Positions 19,067 through 29,844 of a DNA stretch of 64,000 nt are shown here, piece by piece. The notes under the pieces are model-generated. The model was not told the origin of the DNA. It saw only the letters and a list, made by a program, of their open reading frames with translations, and searched no databases. How positions within the stretch are numbered: position 1 is the stretch's first letter; each line of letters starts with the position of its first letter. This stretch comes from Methanomassiliicoccales archaeon (GTDB taxonomy: Archaea; Thermoplasmatota; Thermoplasmata; Methanomassiliicoccales; JAAEEP01). The translations under genes were made by a program, and so were the position numbers. Location of the stretch: the NCBI GenBank assembly GCA_013415695.1, contig JAAEEP010000003.1, forward strand, positions 10,882 to 74,881, given 5' to 3'.

Positions 19067-19507
19067 ATGGAACTGGCAATGGATGAAGACCGGGAGCTGG
19101 AAGAGAAGATTGCAGAGCTCAGGGAGGAATTCGGAGCACTCCTGAACGACGAGGCCATTAAGAAGCTAGCCCTAGAAGAGCTCGGGAAACTCGTATTGAA
19201 CCGAAAGCAAATCTCGGATCTCAGAGATCGAGAAGGAGCCTCACTTGAGGTAAGGGTGATAAAGATATACGAGACTCGTGAGTTCAATAGAAAGGATGGG
19301 ACAACCGGTTATCTCCGAAAGATCTTGATAGAGGATGATTCGGGAAGTTGCCAGCTTACGCTTTGGGATGACGACATCGAGATCCCAGAGACCTTAGGCA
19401 TCACTGAAGGTTCCAGGTTAGCCCTTATCAACTTCTATATCAAGATATCCGATTTCGGTGTAGATGCGAACAAAGGGAAGATAGGAAGGATTGAGGTATT
19501 GGCTTAA
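19067..19507 (+). CDS. Single OB-fold nucleic-acid-binding protein (RPA/SSB-like)
   Basis: REFNRKDGTTG...IEDDSGSCQLTLWDD; N-terminal helical region like archaeal RPA. Confidence 0.85.
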   Translation: MELAMDEDRELEEKIAELREEFGALLNDEAIKKLALEELGKLVLNRKQISDLRDREGASLEVRVIKIYETREFNRKDGTTGYLRKILIEDDSGSCQLTLWDDDIEIPETLGITEGSRLALINFYIKISDFGVDANKGKIGRIEVLA

Positions 19508-19557
19508 CATTAACTATATTAGTATATATCGAAAACACCTAAACTAATATATGTGAC

Positions 19558-20325
19558 TTAATAATCGCCTATTCTTTCTTTGAGCCTAGCAACCTCTTCC
19601 TCAAGGAGTTCAACCCTCTTTCTCAACAGGAAGCCATCTATTTCCTGGAAACATACGAGTTTAGGGCCGTGCTGCTTCTTGTAATCGTATTTCCCGAAAG
19701 AGTCGACATCAACGGTCCAGCCCTTCTCTTCGTCGAAGAACTCGATTAGTAAGGTGGGTTCGGCATACTCGTTAGCTATCTTCTCCCAATGGTAAACTGG
19801 GACTTTGAAATAGCGGCCGCCTCTGCGCATGATGTCCTCGTATCTCACACTTCCATCCCCGTATATATGGAATGTACCAGAACTGGTATTGATTCTCTCT
19901 TCGACGTTCTTGAGATCTAGGATATAGCTAGCGTAGAAATACTCATTCAAGAGATCCTCCAGTTCTTTCTTCTTAGTCAATAGAGTGGCTTGAGCTTCCT
20001 CATCGAATCCCTCATCCATCCGGTTGAGTATCATTCTAAGATCGGCGACACCTTTTCCTTCCCTTGTAGGAATCCCTTCTTCTGGTTTGATCTCTCCGCA
20101 GAATCTGCACACATGAACTATTTCTCCCTCTTTGAGGTTCAGGGGAGCTATTTTCTCATACCACCAGTCGGAATGATCCCCTATGGACGGGATCCAAGAG
20201 CGTTCGATCAATCTCTGATCATACTCGATATGGGTCAGCAATTCCTCCTGACGGAGGGTTCTACCACAGTCCCTGCATATGAAGTAAATCGTCTTGTCCT
20301 CAGCCATTTGTGGAACCCCATCCAT
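19558..20325 (-). CDS. Hypothetical protein with two CxxC motifs and a C-terminal coiled coil
   Basis: CRDC, CRFC; LRKRVELLEEEVARLKE. Confidence 0.7.
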   Translation of the reverse strand: MDGVPQMAEDKTIYFICRDCGRTLRQEELLTHIEYDQRLIERSWIPSIGDHSDWWYEKIAPLNLKEGEIVHVCRFCGEIKPEEGIPTREGKGVADLRMILNRMDEGFDEEAQATLLTKKKELEDLLNEYFYASYILDLKNVEERINTSSGTFHIYGDGSVRYEDIMRRGGRYFKVPVYHWEKIANEYAEPTLLIEFFDEEKGWTVDVDSFGKYDYKKQHGPKLVCFQEIDGFLLRKRVELLEEEVARLKERIGDY

Positions 20326-20421
20326 TTTAATAAATCAGGTATAAGTCCATCCATTAATACACCTTGCTAATATGCAGGCGGAGTTAGGAACTATACTCCC
20401 AATTTTCGGAATGTTTATCAT

Positions 20422-20907
20422 ATGAGTGGTACAAATGTAATGAATATGGTCTTGAAGATCGAGAGCCCAGCTTTCAGAGAGGGGGAGATGATTCCGAAGA
20501 GGTTCACCTGTGATGGTGAAGATATTTCCCCTCCGCTTTCATGGAAGGAGGTTCCTAATGGGACCAGATCTCTGGCCATCATCTGCGACGATCCAGATGC
20601 TTCAACAGGTACTTGGGATCACTGGATCTTGTTCAACATAGATCCGTCAAAAGGAGGACTACCCGAGGCCGTGTCCAAGGAAAGGCGATTGCCCGGAGGG
20701 GAAATCCATGGAAAGAACAGTTGGGGCAGATCCTATTATGGAGGTCCCTGTCCACCCCCTGGAAAGCCTCATCGCTATATCTTCAAACTTTTCGCATTAG
20801 ATACAAGACTATCAATATCTCCTGGATCTAATAAATCCGAGTTGTTGGAGTCGATGAAAAAGCATATTTTGGACAAGGCACGATTGGTGGGAATTTACGG
20901 CAGATGA
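20422..20907 (+). CDS. YbhB/YbcL (PEBP) family protein
   Basis: CDGEDISPPLSW, DDPDA, HWILFN, GPCPP, HRYIF. Confidence 0.95.
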   Translation: MSGTNVMNMVLKIESPAFREGEMIPKRFTCDGEDISPPLSWKEVPNGTRSLAIICDDPDASTGTWDHWILFNIDPSKGGLPEAVSKERRLPGGEIHGKNSWGRSYYGGPCPPPGKPHRYIFKLFALDTRLSISPGSNKSELLESMKKHILDKARLVGIYGR

Positions 20908-21022
20908 AGTAATGGTCCATACATCAATTCGTGTTCTAAGTATTCCTTTCTATATTATTTGCCAATGTCTTGAATGAGAGTAGAAGAATAAGGAAAAGAG
21001 ATTTAAGGGAAGGGGTTTGGGT

Positions 21023-22381
21023 CTACTTCCTTTTAACAGCAGCGAACACGACCGAGATGACTACCACGACGACCAAGACTACTATGATTATTCCAAAGTA
21101 TGGCTCCTTGAAGAAGAAGTCGTTGATGTCTCCGCCTGTCGCGGGACCATCCTCAGCATCTTCAGAGATGCTGCTCTGATAGTCCGCAATCTCCTGGATA
21201 CCGGTCTTGGCAGTAGAAGCATCCATGGATCCGAGGGTGGTATCGTCTTCGCTCATTTCGGGGAGTTCGAATGGCATTTCGATTCCAGACTCTCCGAACA
21301 ACTGTTCGAAGTCTATGTCCATTGAGGTCAGGAACTTGACGTCTGGGGAATAATAGAACCTTTGCTCACCGTTGATTTCAAGTATGTAAACGTTCACGGC
21401 ACCGTAATTCGGAAGTGTGACTAGGTTAGAACCCACACAGGCCATGTCGAACTCGATGTACTCTGTGGTGGCCTCCAGTACCCCGTTCGATATAGGTGGT
21501 GCGTCCTCTCCCTCGAATACGAGCTGGTCAAGCTCTATCGGGAATCCGTTCACCCCGTTGGCCACGAAGACCTCATCCGAGAATATCTCCTCTTCGAACT
21601 CAGCAGGCAGCCCGGTCGCATCTATGAAACCATCAGCTGAAGCGGAAATGGTTGCATTGGATCCAACCACCCACTCATCACCTACATCGAATGGGAACTG
21701 GAATATGTCAAGTGCTGGTTCGAAATCGATATTGATCTCGACATTAATGTCCGCACTCATCCACACGTCCATCGACTCGTAGGAAACGGTTTCCTCCTCA
21801 GGTCCGGTCTGGACATTGGGGAAGTTTTGTACAGATGCATCTATGATCAGGCTTCCATGGATCTCAATATCGATGCTCTGGATGGCCATGGTCGACTTGA
21901 CTACCTGGACATCAACGTGTGTCCACAATGCGTAATCAAGGGAAGCATCCACTGAAATGGTCTTCTCTTCCATTTCTGGCATGGTTTCACTATCATAGGT
22001 TCCCGCCTTGGGCAACTCACCTGTGACCTCTACGTCAAGGCCGAACTGAAGCTTCTGACCCATATCCGCTGTCAGCGTGTAGTATGTGCCATCATCATCG
22101 GTTACCTCGAAGACTAGGTAGAACTCGACATTTCCATCAGCGTCGAAATTATTGACCTCTAGGCCCATTGGTTCAGTGAGATTCTCCAATTCTCCCTCGA
22201 GACTCAGAATCTCGTCAGCATATTCCGCTCCAAGGTCTCTTGAAAAGCCCATTGCCCATGCGTCTCCCTCTTCCCAGCTAGGTGGGGTAGCCTCGGCTGA
22301 CGCAACGGAACAGCAGGCGAAGATTGAAAGGACCATGATTCCAGCGAGAACAGCTGTTGGAAAGGTTGCTTTCAGATTCAT
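21023..22381 (-). CDS. Acidic cell-surface protein with signal peptide and C-terminal TM anchor
   Basis: Signal peptide, PSWEEGDAW motif, D/E-rich body, C-terminal TM followed by KRK. Confidence 0.8.
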   Translation of the reverse strand: MNLKATFPTAVLAGIMVLSIFACCSVASAEATPPSWEEGDAWAMGFSRDLGAEYADEILSLEGELENLTEPMGLEVNNFDADGNVEFYLVFEVTDDDGTYYTLTADMGQKLQFGLDVEVTGELPKAGTYDSETMPEMEEKTISVDASLDYALWTHVDVQVVKSTMAIQSIDIEIHGSLIIDASVQNFPNVQTGPEEETVSYESMDVWMSADINVEINIDFEPALDIFQFPFDVGDEWVVGSNATISASADGFIDATGLPAEFEEEIFSDEVFVANGVNGFPIELDQLVFEGEDAPPISNGVLEATTEYIEFDMACVGSNLVTLPNYGAVNVYILEINGEQRFYYSPDVKFLTSMDIDFEQLFGESGIEMPFELPEMSEDDTTLGSMDASTAKTGIQEIADYQSSISEDAEDGPATGGDINDFFFKEPYFGIIIVVLVVVVVISVVFAAVKRK

Positions 22382-22541
22382 CTGAGATCACTCCAAGTTT
22401 ACTTTGGGTGCAATCCATTCCGTATTTCTCCTTTTATAACTTTCGTGAAGAATATCAAATGTGAATAGAGTAATCTGGCTCATTGCTAGAATGAAATAAA
22501 GAAGAAAGGGGGGTTTAAGGTGTTTCAAGCGTCATTTACGC

Positions 22542-24215
22542 TCACATCATGCCGGGCATTCCGCCCATTCCCATACCGGGCATTCCGCCCATTCCTCCGC
22601 CACCCGGAGGCATTGGGGGTGCCGACTTGGAAGCGATAACATCATCGATCCTAAGGATCATATTGGCGACCTCTGCGGCGGCTTTCACTGCCTGGGTCTT
22701 GCATCTTAGAGGCTCGATGACATTCTCATCCAGCATGTTGATGGGCTCCCCGTTGGCGAGGTTAACGCCCATGACTTTGGCCTTCTTGTTCTTCTGCTCG
22801 TGGGCGCTCTTGAGCTTTATGACAACGTCAATCGCGTCCAGACCAGCATTCTCGGCAAGTGCCCAGGGTATGGCTTCCATCGCCTCGGCGAAAGCCTCGA
22901 TAGCCAGCTGTTCCCTTCCACCGACACTGGCGGCATAGTTGGCCAATCTGAGTGAGAGCTCGATCTCGGATGAGCCTCCACCAGTAACGGCCTTTCCGTC
23001 TTCAAGGGTAACGCCAACTACCCTCAGGGCATCGTGCATTGCGCGGTCGACCTCGTCGATGACATGGTCGGTCCCACCTCTTATCAGAAGCGTGACGGCC
23101 TTGGGGTTCACACATCCGGTGATAAAGGTCATGCCTTCCTCACCGACCTTCTTCTGCTCTACAAGCTCAGAGTGACCAAGGTCATCCTCACTGATCTCAT
23201 CGATGCTACCCACAAGTTTGGCTCCAGTGGCCTTCGCCAGTTTCTCCATGTCCGAGGCCTTGATCCTGCGGATGGCATATATGCCCTCCTTGGCCAAGTA
23301 GTGCTGGACCAGGTCGTCGATACCCTTCTGGCAGAATACCACGTTCGCACCAACGGCCTTAACTGTCTCGACCATCTTCCTCAGGGTGGACTCCTCCTCC
23401 TCGAGGAAGCGCGCCATGGACTCAGGGTTCTTTATCGAAATCTTGGCATCGATCTCTGTCTTCTTGATCTCCATAGCGGGTTTCAGAAGAGCGATCTTTG
23501 CACCTTCGATCTTCTTGGGCATCCTGGGGTGAACACGCTCCTTGTCAATGACCAAGCCTTCGATGACCTCTGTTTCGGCTATGGAGGCGCCGATCTTCTT
23601 CTCGACCTTGATGTTGTCGACGTCCACTATGTACTTACCGTCTCTCTCCTCAGCTATGGAGATGACGGACTTGACAGCCATGTCAGCGAGGTATTCGCTA
23701 TGACCACCAACACTCTTACCGGTCATGGCAGTAATGGCGACCTTCTTGAGGATTTCGCTCTGCTTCTTAGTAGCATCGAACGCCATGTCCTCAAGGATCT
23801 TCACTGCCTCAGTGGCGGCCATCTTGTAACCATTTGCAATTATTGTGGGGTGCACATTCGACTCAATCAGGCTTTCTGCCTTCTTGAGCAACTCGCCGGC
23901 CAGAATTACTGCGGTTGTGGTTCCATCTCCGCATTCAGTATCCTGGGTCTTGGCGACCTCTACCACCATCTTGGCCGCTGGATGCTGCACGTCAATCTCC
24001 TTGAGAATCGTGACACCATCATTAGTGATGACTACGTCCCCTACAGAGTCCACGAGCATCTTGTCCATGCCCTTTGGACCCAGAGTGGATCGTACAGAAT
24101 CAGCAACGGCTTTCGCGGCGGCAATGTTGTTAGACTGTGCTTCCCTGTTCTTCGATCTCTCAGTTCCTTCCTTCAAGACTATGATAGGCTGAGAACCTCC
24201 CATTGCGTACGCCAT
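22542..24215 (-). CDS. Thermosome (group II chaperonin) subunit
   Basis: [34 protein letters not shown] tail; start MAYAMGG after a GGAGG SD. Confidence 0.98.
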   Translation of the reverse strand: MAYAMGGSQPIIVLKEGTERSKNREAQSNNIAAAKAVADSVRSTLGPKGMDKMLVDSVGDVVITNDGVTILKEIDVQHPAAKMVVEVAKTQDTECGDGTTTAVILAGELLKKAESLIESNVHPTIIANGYKMAATEAVKILEDMAFDATKKQSEILKKVAITAMTGKSVGGHSEYLADMAVKSVISIAEERDGKYIVDVDNIKVEKKIGASIAETEVIEGLVIDKERVHPRMPKKIEGAKIALLKPAMEIKKTEIDAKISIKNPESMARFLEEEESTLRKMVETVKAVGANVVFCQKGIDDLVQHYLAKEGIYAIRRIKASDMEKLAKATGAKLVGSIDEISEDDLGHSELVEQKKVGEEGMTFITGCVNPKAVTLLIRGGTDHVIDEVDRAMHDALRVVGVTLEDGKAVTGGGSSEIELSLRLANYAASVGGREQLAIEAFAEAMEAIPWALAENAGLDAIDVVIKLKSAHEQKNKKAKVMGVNLANGEPINMLDENVIEPLRCKTQAVKAAAEVANMILRIDDVIASKSAPPMPPGGGGMGGMPGMGMGGMPGMM

Positions 24216-24385
24216 TTGGAATAGCCTCCTTCCGTCCGGTATTTTAGTCCTTCTATATAAACATTGCCCAGAAAAAAGAGTCACCCATACATGGAAAGCA
24301 GCCTCATTGCCACCAGAGAGGGAATATATTAATTTGGATTCCTCGACATACATCTCATTACATTTATCCATTTGGCTGTGCAGAT

Positions 24386-25297
24386 ATGCGAAGCAGGTTC
24401 GTAGGATGCCTCTTAGGCTGTGCAATAGGAGATGCCCTTGGGATGCCAGTTGAAGGTATGTCGAGAGAAGAGATCCTGAGCACTTATGGTGAGATCAAGG
24501 AGTTCATTCCTGGAAGGGGGTTATCTGCTGGCAGTTATACAGACGACACCCAACTAACCATTGCCCTTGCCGAGAGCATCCTCCATTGTGGGGACTTCTA
24601 TCCGGGGGATTATGCTAAGAGGATCGCCGAGTGGAAGGACTACGCTGTCGGCGCAGGGTTCACATGTATGTACGCAGCAACACGTCTTTCTCAGGGAGTG
24701 GACTGGAGGGCAAGTGGGCTTGGATCGGCTGGGTGCGGGAGTGCCATGAGGGCCTATCCTATTGGTCTTCTCAATCTTTTTCAGCCGAAGAAGTTGAAAC
24801 GTGATGCTGAGGAATCATCTCTCATAACACACAATGATTCCAGGGCAATCGCTGGAACCATTGCAATTGCATATGCCACATCTCTCTCTGTCAGGGAATC
24901 AAGGATCAGGGGAAAGGAGATGTTACTTAGGATCAGGGATTTTGTGGGACATACGAGTGCCGAATTCTACGAAGCCATGTCAAACACGATAAAGTACGAC
25001 GGCATGAACATCCAGAAAGCTCTTTCCCGGATAGGGACGAGCGGTTACGTTGTGGAAACGGTGAACGCCTCTCTTTTCATAGCCTCCCAGGTTTCATCCT
25101 TTCAGGAGGGGATCATAGAGGCCGTGAATGCAGGTGGCGATACAGACTCGATTGGAGCAATGACCGGAGGGATACTTGGGGCAAAATACGGATACGAGGA
25201 CATACCTTCCAAATGGTCCGCCAAGGTACAGAATCGCAACCGAATCTCTAATCTAGCAGACCTGCTTTTCAAACTTGTCTCCCAGCGGAATTATTGA
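24386..25297 (+). CDS. ADP-ribosylglycohydrolase family protein
   Basis: [26 protein letters not shown]. Confidence 0.95.
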   Translation: MRSRFVGCLLGCAIGDALGMPVEGMSREEILSTYGEIKEFIPGRGLSAGSYTDDTQLTIALAESILHCGDFYPGDYAKRIAEWKDYAVGAGFTCMYAATRLSQGVDWRASGLGSAGCGSAMRAYPIGLLNLFQPKKLKRDAEESSLITHNDSRAIAGTIAIAYATSLSVRESRIRGKEMLLRIRDFVGHTSAEFYEAMSNTIKYDGMNIQKALSRIGTSGYVVETVNASLFIASQVSSFQEGIIEAVNAGGDTDSIGAMTGGILGAKYGYEDIPSKWSAKVQNRNRISNLADLLFKLVSQRNY

Positions 25298-25303
25298 GCG
25301 CTA

Positions 25304-26197
25304 TCAGAATGCGCTTACACATTCAATTCCAAATTCCTGACAAATGTGGATGATCCTATCCTCAAGCTCGTGGAAGTACGACTTGGATGTGATCATCTCT
25401 TTGAAAAGTCCTGAATTGAAGTATTCTATGGGCTGCAGGATAGATATAAGATTGTCCAGCATTCCATCCCTCAACCTTAAGGGATCGATCATCACCTTTC
25501 CTACTCCGGCATGATCTATGGCCCCAACCAAGGCCTCGAGATCAATGTCAGTGACCAGGGGGATCATTGGGGCGATGAGGGCATATGTATCAACCTCCGA
25601 ATTGACCAGATCCCTCATTGCACCAAGTCGATTCTCTGGTGACGGTGCATTTGGCTCGAAATACTTTGCCATCCTCTGGTCGATGGTAGTTATGGTAACG
25701 CCGACCTCACTTCCAGGAATCGCACGAAGTATGTCCGCATCCCTCACAATAAGATCTGATTTCGTGTGAACACTGACAGTGCAGTGGGAATGCGAGATGA
25801 GATCAAGGCATTTTCTGGTGAGCTCCAATTTCTTTTCTATGGGTTGATAAGGATCTGTTACGGTGCCCACTCCTATGATCCCCTCTGTTCGTTTCAGCTC
25901 CTTCGCCAGTAGATTGGGCACTCTTCTCTTTATCTTCACCAATTGCCCCCATTCCCTCCTGTCCATGTTCATGATCGAGGGGACGTAGCAATAGGTGCAA
26001 CCATGTTCGCATCCAATATATGGATTCAGTGCCCAGTCTAATCCCGGAAGACGGGAGGGGGAAAGCGCCTTAGAGCAACCCGTCTCGAGATATCTGCAAA
26101 CGCCGTTGGATCGAAGAGGCTGGCTTTTGTTGAAGGAAGACAAATCAAAGGTAATCCTCAATCCTCCTCTGCTGCATGACATCCTTGAGGATGGCAC
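25304..26197 (-). CDS. Radical SAM protein (spore-photoproduct-lyase-like family); start uncertain
   Basis: NPYIGCEHGCTYCY, TDPYQP, HTKS, FEPNAPSP. Confidence 0.88.
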   Translation of the reverse strand: MPSSRMSCSRGGLRITFDLSSFNKSQPLRSNGVCRYLETGCSKALSPSRLPGLDWALNPYIGCEHGCTYCYVPSIMNMDRREWGQLVKIKRRVPNLLAKELKRTEGIIGVGTVTDPYQPIEKKLELTRKCLDLISHSHCTVSVHTKSDLIVRDADILRAIPGSEVGVTITTIDQRMAKYFEPNAPSPENRLGAMRDLVNSEVDTYALIAPMIPLVTDIDLEALVGAIDHAGVGKVMIDPLRLRDGMLDNLISILQPIEYFNSGLFKEMITSKSYFHELEDRIIHICQEFGIECVSAF

Positions 26198-27437
26198 TAT
26201 TCTTTATCCAGCGATTCATAGGGATATCCATCATCATCTGGACATGTGCCAGGGCTTTATCAAGTGTGTCAAATTTGGTGGGAACCTGTTCCAGTGTCCT
26301 CCTAACGTTCTCACGGACATTCCATACTCCAACAGGCATGATGTATCCAGGATGAGCCTCCCTGAAAATCACAGCTCCAGCTTGTCTTCTCTCCCGAGAT
26401 AGTAGCTCGTTGATGGCAAGCCTTGCCGCATAGTAGCATCCCCCAATCTCGGCATAGTCCTTTCGGCCGTTGAAGTGCTCATGGCTGCTGAAGATCTCGA
26501 TCTGTCTACCCGCCGGGTTCCAAGCAGTGTTTGGATACCAGGCCTCGATTAGCTCGTAACGCCATGAGGTGGGCATGAGTAAGATGGACCATCGATTATC
26601 AAGTTCAGTCCACTGATAGACCCTGAACTCATCTATTGTAGGGAAGGTCTTTGTATGGTGAAGTAGTGATTTTCCCAGGATGTCATCAACTGCTGTGATA
26701 CTCCATCTCGTAGGCACAAAACGTCTATTCTTCTCAACTCCGAAAGCTCCGACGCTAAATGCTTTCTGCAGCTTGGAGACTAATACACCATTTCGGTAGA
26801 GACCACCCACGGCTTCCGCAGCTCTCAGATCGGTGTCGTAGAACGCCCTTTCAATCTTGTGATCGTATTTTGGATTCCCTATATCCAGCTCTTTTAACCT
26901 GGCAGAAGGACCAAAGGGCTGAATCTCATCATCTAGCACTATCCTCCCTGAAGGACGTTTCTGGAAACTGGCTTCGACCTCCAATGGGTTTACTGCCAGT
27001 GCCAACTCCCTAGTGAAATCGACTATCTTTCCCCCTTTCTGGAATTCCTTGACATCGATCCTATGCTTACCTCTTACCAGTGAGAACCTGAAGTCAACTA
27101 TCTCATCAATAGACCTACCCGCCCACATCTCGGGAGTGTCCATTATTGAGGTATCTCCCAACTCTGGTGGAACAAGGGGCCCGATGTCCACATTGGGGTA
27201 CCCATATCTTCCAACGAAAACGCCAGGTGGGCTGCTTCCATAAAGGTCCATGGCATCGTAGATTCTCTTGGTCTTAGATATTGAGTAGAACTTGATCATT
27301 AGTGGACAGCGTTCCTTTCCACACAGCTTCTTAGATCCCTTACACAGAGCACACAGGCTACCTTTGGGTGTAGAGGTGCTCACCGTATCTGGTGCGCTGA
27401 AGAATTCTTTGGTAGCGGAGGTGCCTCCTGTAACCAT
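26145..27437 (-). CDS. nreA: Archaeal DNA repair protein Nre
   Basis: N-terminal CxxC-x5-C-x4-C, SPPGVFVGRYGYP, VPTRWSITAVD, PVGVWNVRE, C-terminal PIP-like QRRIEDYL. Confidence 0.92.
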   Translation of the reverse strand: MVTGGTSATKEFFSAPDTVSTSTPKGSLCALCKGSKKLCGKERCPLMIKFYSISKTKRIYDAMDLYGSSPPGVFVGRYGYPNVDIGPLVPPELGDTSIMDTPEMWAGRSIDEIVDFRFSLVRGKHRIDVKEFQKGGKIVDFTRELALAVNPLEVEASFQKRPSGRIVLDDEIQPFGPSARLKELDIGNPKYDHKIERAFYDTDLRAAEAVGGLYRNGVLVSKLQKAFSVGAFGVEKNRRFVPTRWSITAVDDILGKSLLHHTKTFPTIDEFRVYQWTELDNRWSILLMPTSWRYELIEAWYPNTAWNPAGRQIEIFSSHEHFNGRKDYAEIGGCYYAARLAINELLSRERRQAGAVIFREAHPGYIMPVGVWNVRENVRRTLEQVPTKFDTLDKALAHVQMMMDIPMNRWIKNSAILKDVMQQRRIEDYL

Positions 27438-27495
27438 CCAACACTTCAAACCGTGTATTGGGTATAATACTTTTATCGGACCCGCACTGAAAGTG

Positions 27496-28476
27496 TCATC
27501 CTGCCCAGGAGGATATATGAAAGTCAGTTTTCTCGATATAATCCCCGTCCTTAACCACTCGAATATTTGAGTTGGCCAAACGGAATCCACAATTGGTCAT
27601 GACAGAGTACATCTTGGGATTATCACCGGAGAAACGGGAGTAGATCCTCTTCCTCCCAAGCTCAAGAGCCTTATTCTCGCAGGCGAATATCAGATCGACA
27701 AATGCCTCCCATGGATTAGGAAGATTGCCGTCTACAAGCACTAGCTTGATCGAGCAGAAGTTCGTATCACCCGATCGATTGTAGGAGTGAAGAAGTGCCA
27801 CTCCTCCAACCTCCCCCTCGTGGTCAATGATCATGCATTGACCGAGTCGTTTCTTGAACAAAGCCCTGAATTCAATGGAGTAATCCAGAAGTGGGTTAAC
27901 CTGCTTTGAAAGATCAACGATTCTTGGCAAGAGAGTGTCAAGCTCTTTCTCTTCTAGCTCTCTAGTTGCTCGGGGGATCGGTCTTGACTCGGAGACCCTG
28001 ACAGGCTTCTCAGTGATGAGAGTCAACTGCCTTGGTACGTATCCTCCCATGATGTAGAAATGAAGATTCTTGGGTATGTTTGGCATGGTCTCGACACCGA
28101 TTACCTGACATTCTCTTCCTCTGAGGTATTCCTCACATGCATCAAGGAGCTTCCTACCGACGCCTCTGTTCTGACTTTCCGGAAGTATCTCGATCGGTCC
28201 TACCCAACCGACCTTTCCCCAGACATGGGAGAATGCGGAACCTACCAGATGATCATCCTCATATACGACCAGGCAACCTTTGGGTTCCTTCCACATATAT
28301 GTCTCCACTATCTTCCTAGGTCGGATTGGATAGCGGATCTTCCTGCCGATGTCCCTGGATACCAGATCTGACCACGCTTCCTGACCGACTCTTCGAGATT
28401 CTGGAATATCGGTCTCACGCATTGGTCTTATCTCTATGTTATTGCCCTTGAATCTGGAAAGCACCCTCACTTCCAC
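27496..28476 (-). CDS. GNAT family N-acetyltransferase (tandem GNAT)
   Basis: Acetyl-CoA motif QNRGVGRKLL. Confidence 0.8.
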   Translation of the reverse strand: MEVRVLSRFKGNNIEIRPMRETDIPESRRVGQEAWSDLVSRDIGRKIRYPIRPRKIVETYMWKEPKGCLVVYEDDHLVGSAFSHVWGKVGWVGPIEILPESQNRGVGRKLLDACEEYLRGRECQVIGVETMPNIPKNLHFYIMGGYVPRQLTLITEKPVRVSESRPIPRATRELEEKELDTLLPRIVDLSKQVNPLLDYSIEFRALFKKRLGQCMIIDHEGEVGGVALLHSYNRSGDTNFCSIKLVLVDGNLPNPWEAFVDLIFACENKALELGRKRIYSRFSGDNPKMYSVMTNCGFRLANSNIRVVKDGDYIEKTDFHISSWAG

Positions 28477-28580
28477 ACCTCGTAACCTGAAAGTCCAGCA
28501 TCTAAGGATAAGTCCACCATACTAGGAATAAGTTATCCCTTTAGAAAATGCAATTTTCGGGATTCAGAGTAAGTCAATCA

Positions 28581-29351
28581 TTAATCGTGCAGAGCTCGCC
28601 TCTTGCTGATCAATGCAGCAGTGGCCCCGGCGTTGACTCCATTATCTATGTTCACTACCACGAGTCCAGGGGAGCAAGACTGCAGCATTGAGAGTAGTGC
28701 TGCCTCCCCCCCACCTCCCCTGCCATACCCCACACTGCAAGGAACCCCTATTACGGGTATATCAACCAGGCTTGATACCACCGAGGCCAATGCCCCCTCC
28801 ATTCCAGCCACCACGACGAGCACCTCGCAACCCGATTCCATCATTTCCTTGAGCGGTGCAATTAATCTATGGAGGGCAGCTATGCCAACATCGTACGCTG
28901 CAATCACAGTGCACCCCATAGCTTCTGCTACCTCTCTCGCCTCTTCCGCCACAGTAATGTCGGAGGTTCCAGCAGCCATAATCCCTATCGTGCCTGACTT
29001 TGGTTTCTCCCGTCTCTGATCCACAATGATCATACGGGCTCTTTCAGCCCATTTTACTCCATCTCTCTTACCTATCTTCTCATTGATAGCCTTGTAATGC
29101 TCAGGGGTTGTTCGAGAGATAATTACCAGATCACGGCTCTCCATAAGCTTTCCAACTATCTCCGCCAGAACATTTGGGTCCTTGCTTTCTCCGAATATGA
29201 TCTCGGGTATGCCCCTTCGAGCACTTCTGGAGTGGTCAAACAGAGTATGATCGCCAATTCTCTCTAGGAAATCCAGCTTCAACAGCCTCTCGGCCTCCTT
29301 AGAGCTGATCTCGCCTTTCGAATATCGTTCCAGGATGTCCCGGACGTCCAT
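28581..29351 (-). CDS. larB: Nickel-pincer cofactor biosynthesis protein LarB
   Basis: RRGIPEIIFGESK, AGTSD, DVGIA, AGMEGAL, CSPGLVVVNIDNG. Confidence 0.93.
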   Translation of the reverse strand: MDVRDILERYSKGEISSKEAERLLKLDFLERIGDHTLFDHSRSARRGIPEIIFGESKDPNVLAEIVGKLMESRDLVIISRTTPEHYKAINEKIGKRDGVKWAERARMIIVDQRREKPKSGTIGIMAAGTSDITVAEEAREVAEAMGCTVIAAYDVGIAALHRLIAPLKEMMESGCEVLVVVAGMEGALASVVSSLVDIPVIGVPCSVGYGRGGGGEAALLSMLQSCSPGLVVVNIDNGVNAGATAALISKRRALHD

Positions 29352-29466
29352 AAAATGCCCAATGCTACTCAGGATATTTCCATTTATCTGAGGAGAAGCC
29401 TAATTCATCAAAGAAAAATTCATCAAAGAAATACTTTAATTTCCTAGGTCCTCGAATATTTCGTAT

Positions 29467-29844
29467 GTGGCTAAGACCGACATTAAGGACGCGGCACTCC
29501 TATTCGTTTACAACGGTAACCTCGGAGCCCTCAATGCGGTCAAGGATCATCTGCATAAGCTAACCATCACAGCTACCTACGAGTGCCGTGTATGCGGATT
29601 GACCTATGGAAACCTGGGCATGAAAAACGAATGGAAGGAAATATTAGATGGTCTTGAGATCAAAGTTGTATTCCTGCACCGAGATGAGTTCAAGGAGTCA
29701 TATACAAAGATCAATTTCGAATTACCGGCTGCCTTCATCAAGAGTGGAAAGCGATTAACACTCCTGATATCCGCCAATGAGATCAATGCCTCTCAGACAC
29801 TTCAAGATCCTATGGAGTTTGTACGAAGCAGGATGGAGGGCTAA
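29467..29844 (+). CDS. Conserved hypothetical protein with CxxC
   Basis: LLFVYN...YECRVCGLTYG...FLHRDEF. Confidence 0.65.
   Translation: MAKTDIKDAALLFVYNGNLGALNAVKDHLHKLTITATYECRVCGLTYGNLGMKNEWKEILDGLEIKVVFLHRDEFKESYTKINFELPAAFIKSGKRLTLLISANEINASQTLQDPMEFVRSRMEG

Noticed and set aside
22545-22620. Short tandem DNA repeats
   Set aside because: They encode the ordinary GGM tail of the chaperonin
23034-24224. 396-aa antisense ORF inside the thermosome gene, and similar shadow ORFs throughout
   Set aside because: Consequence of codon bias on the opposite strand; no motifs
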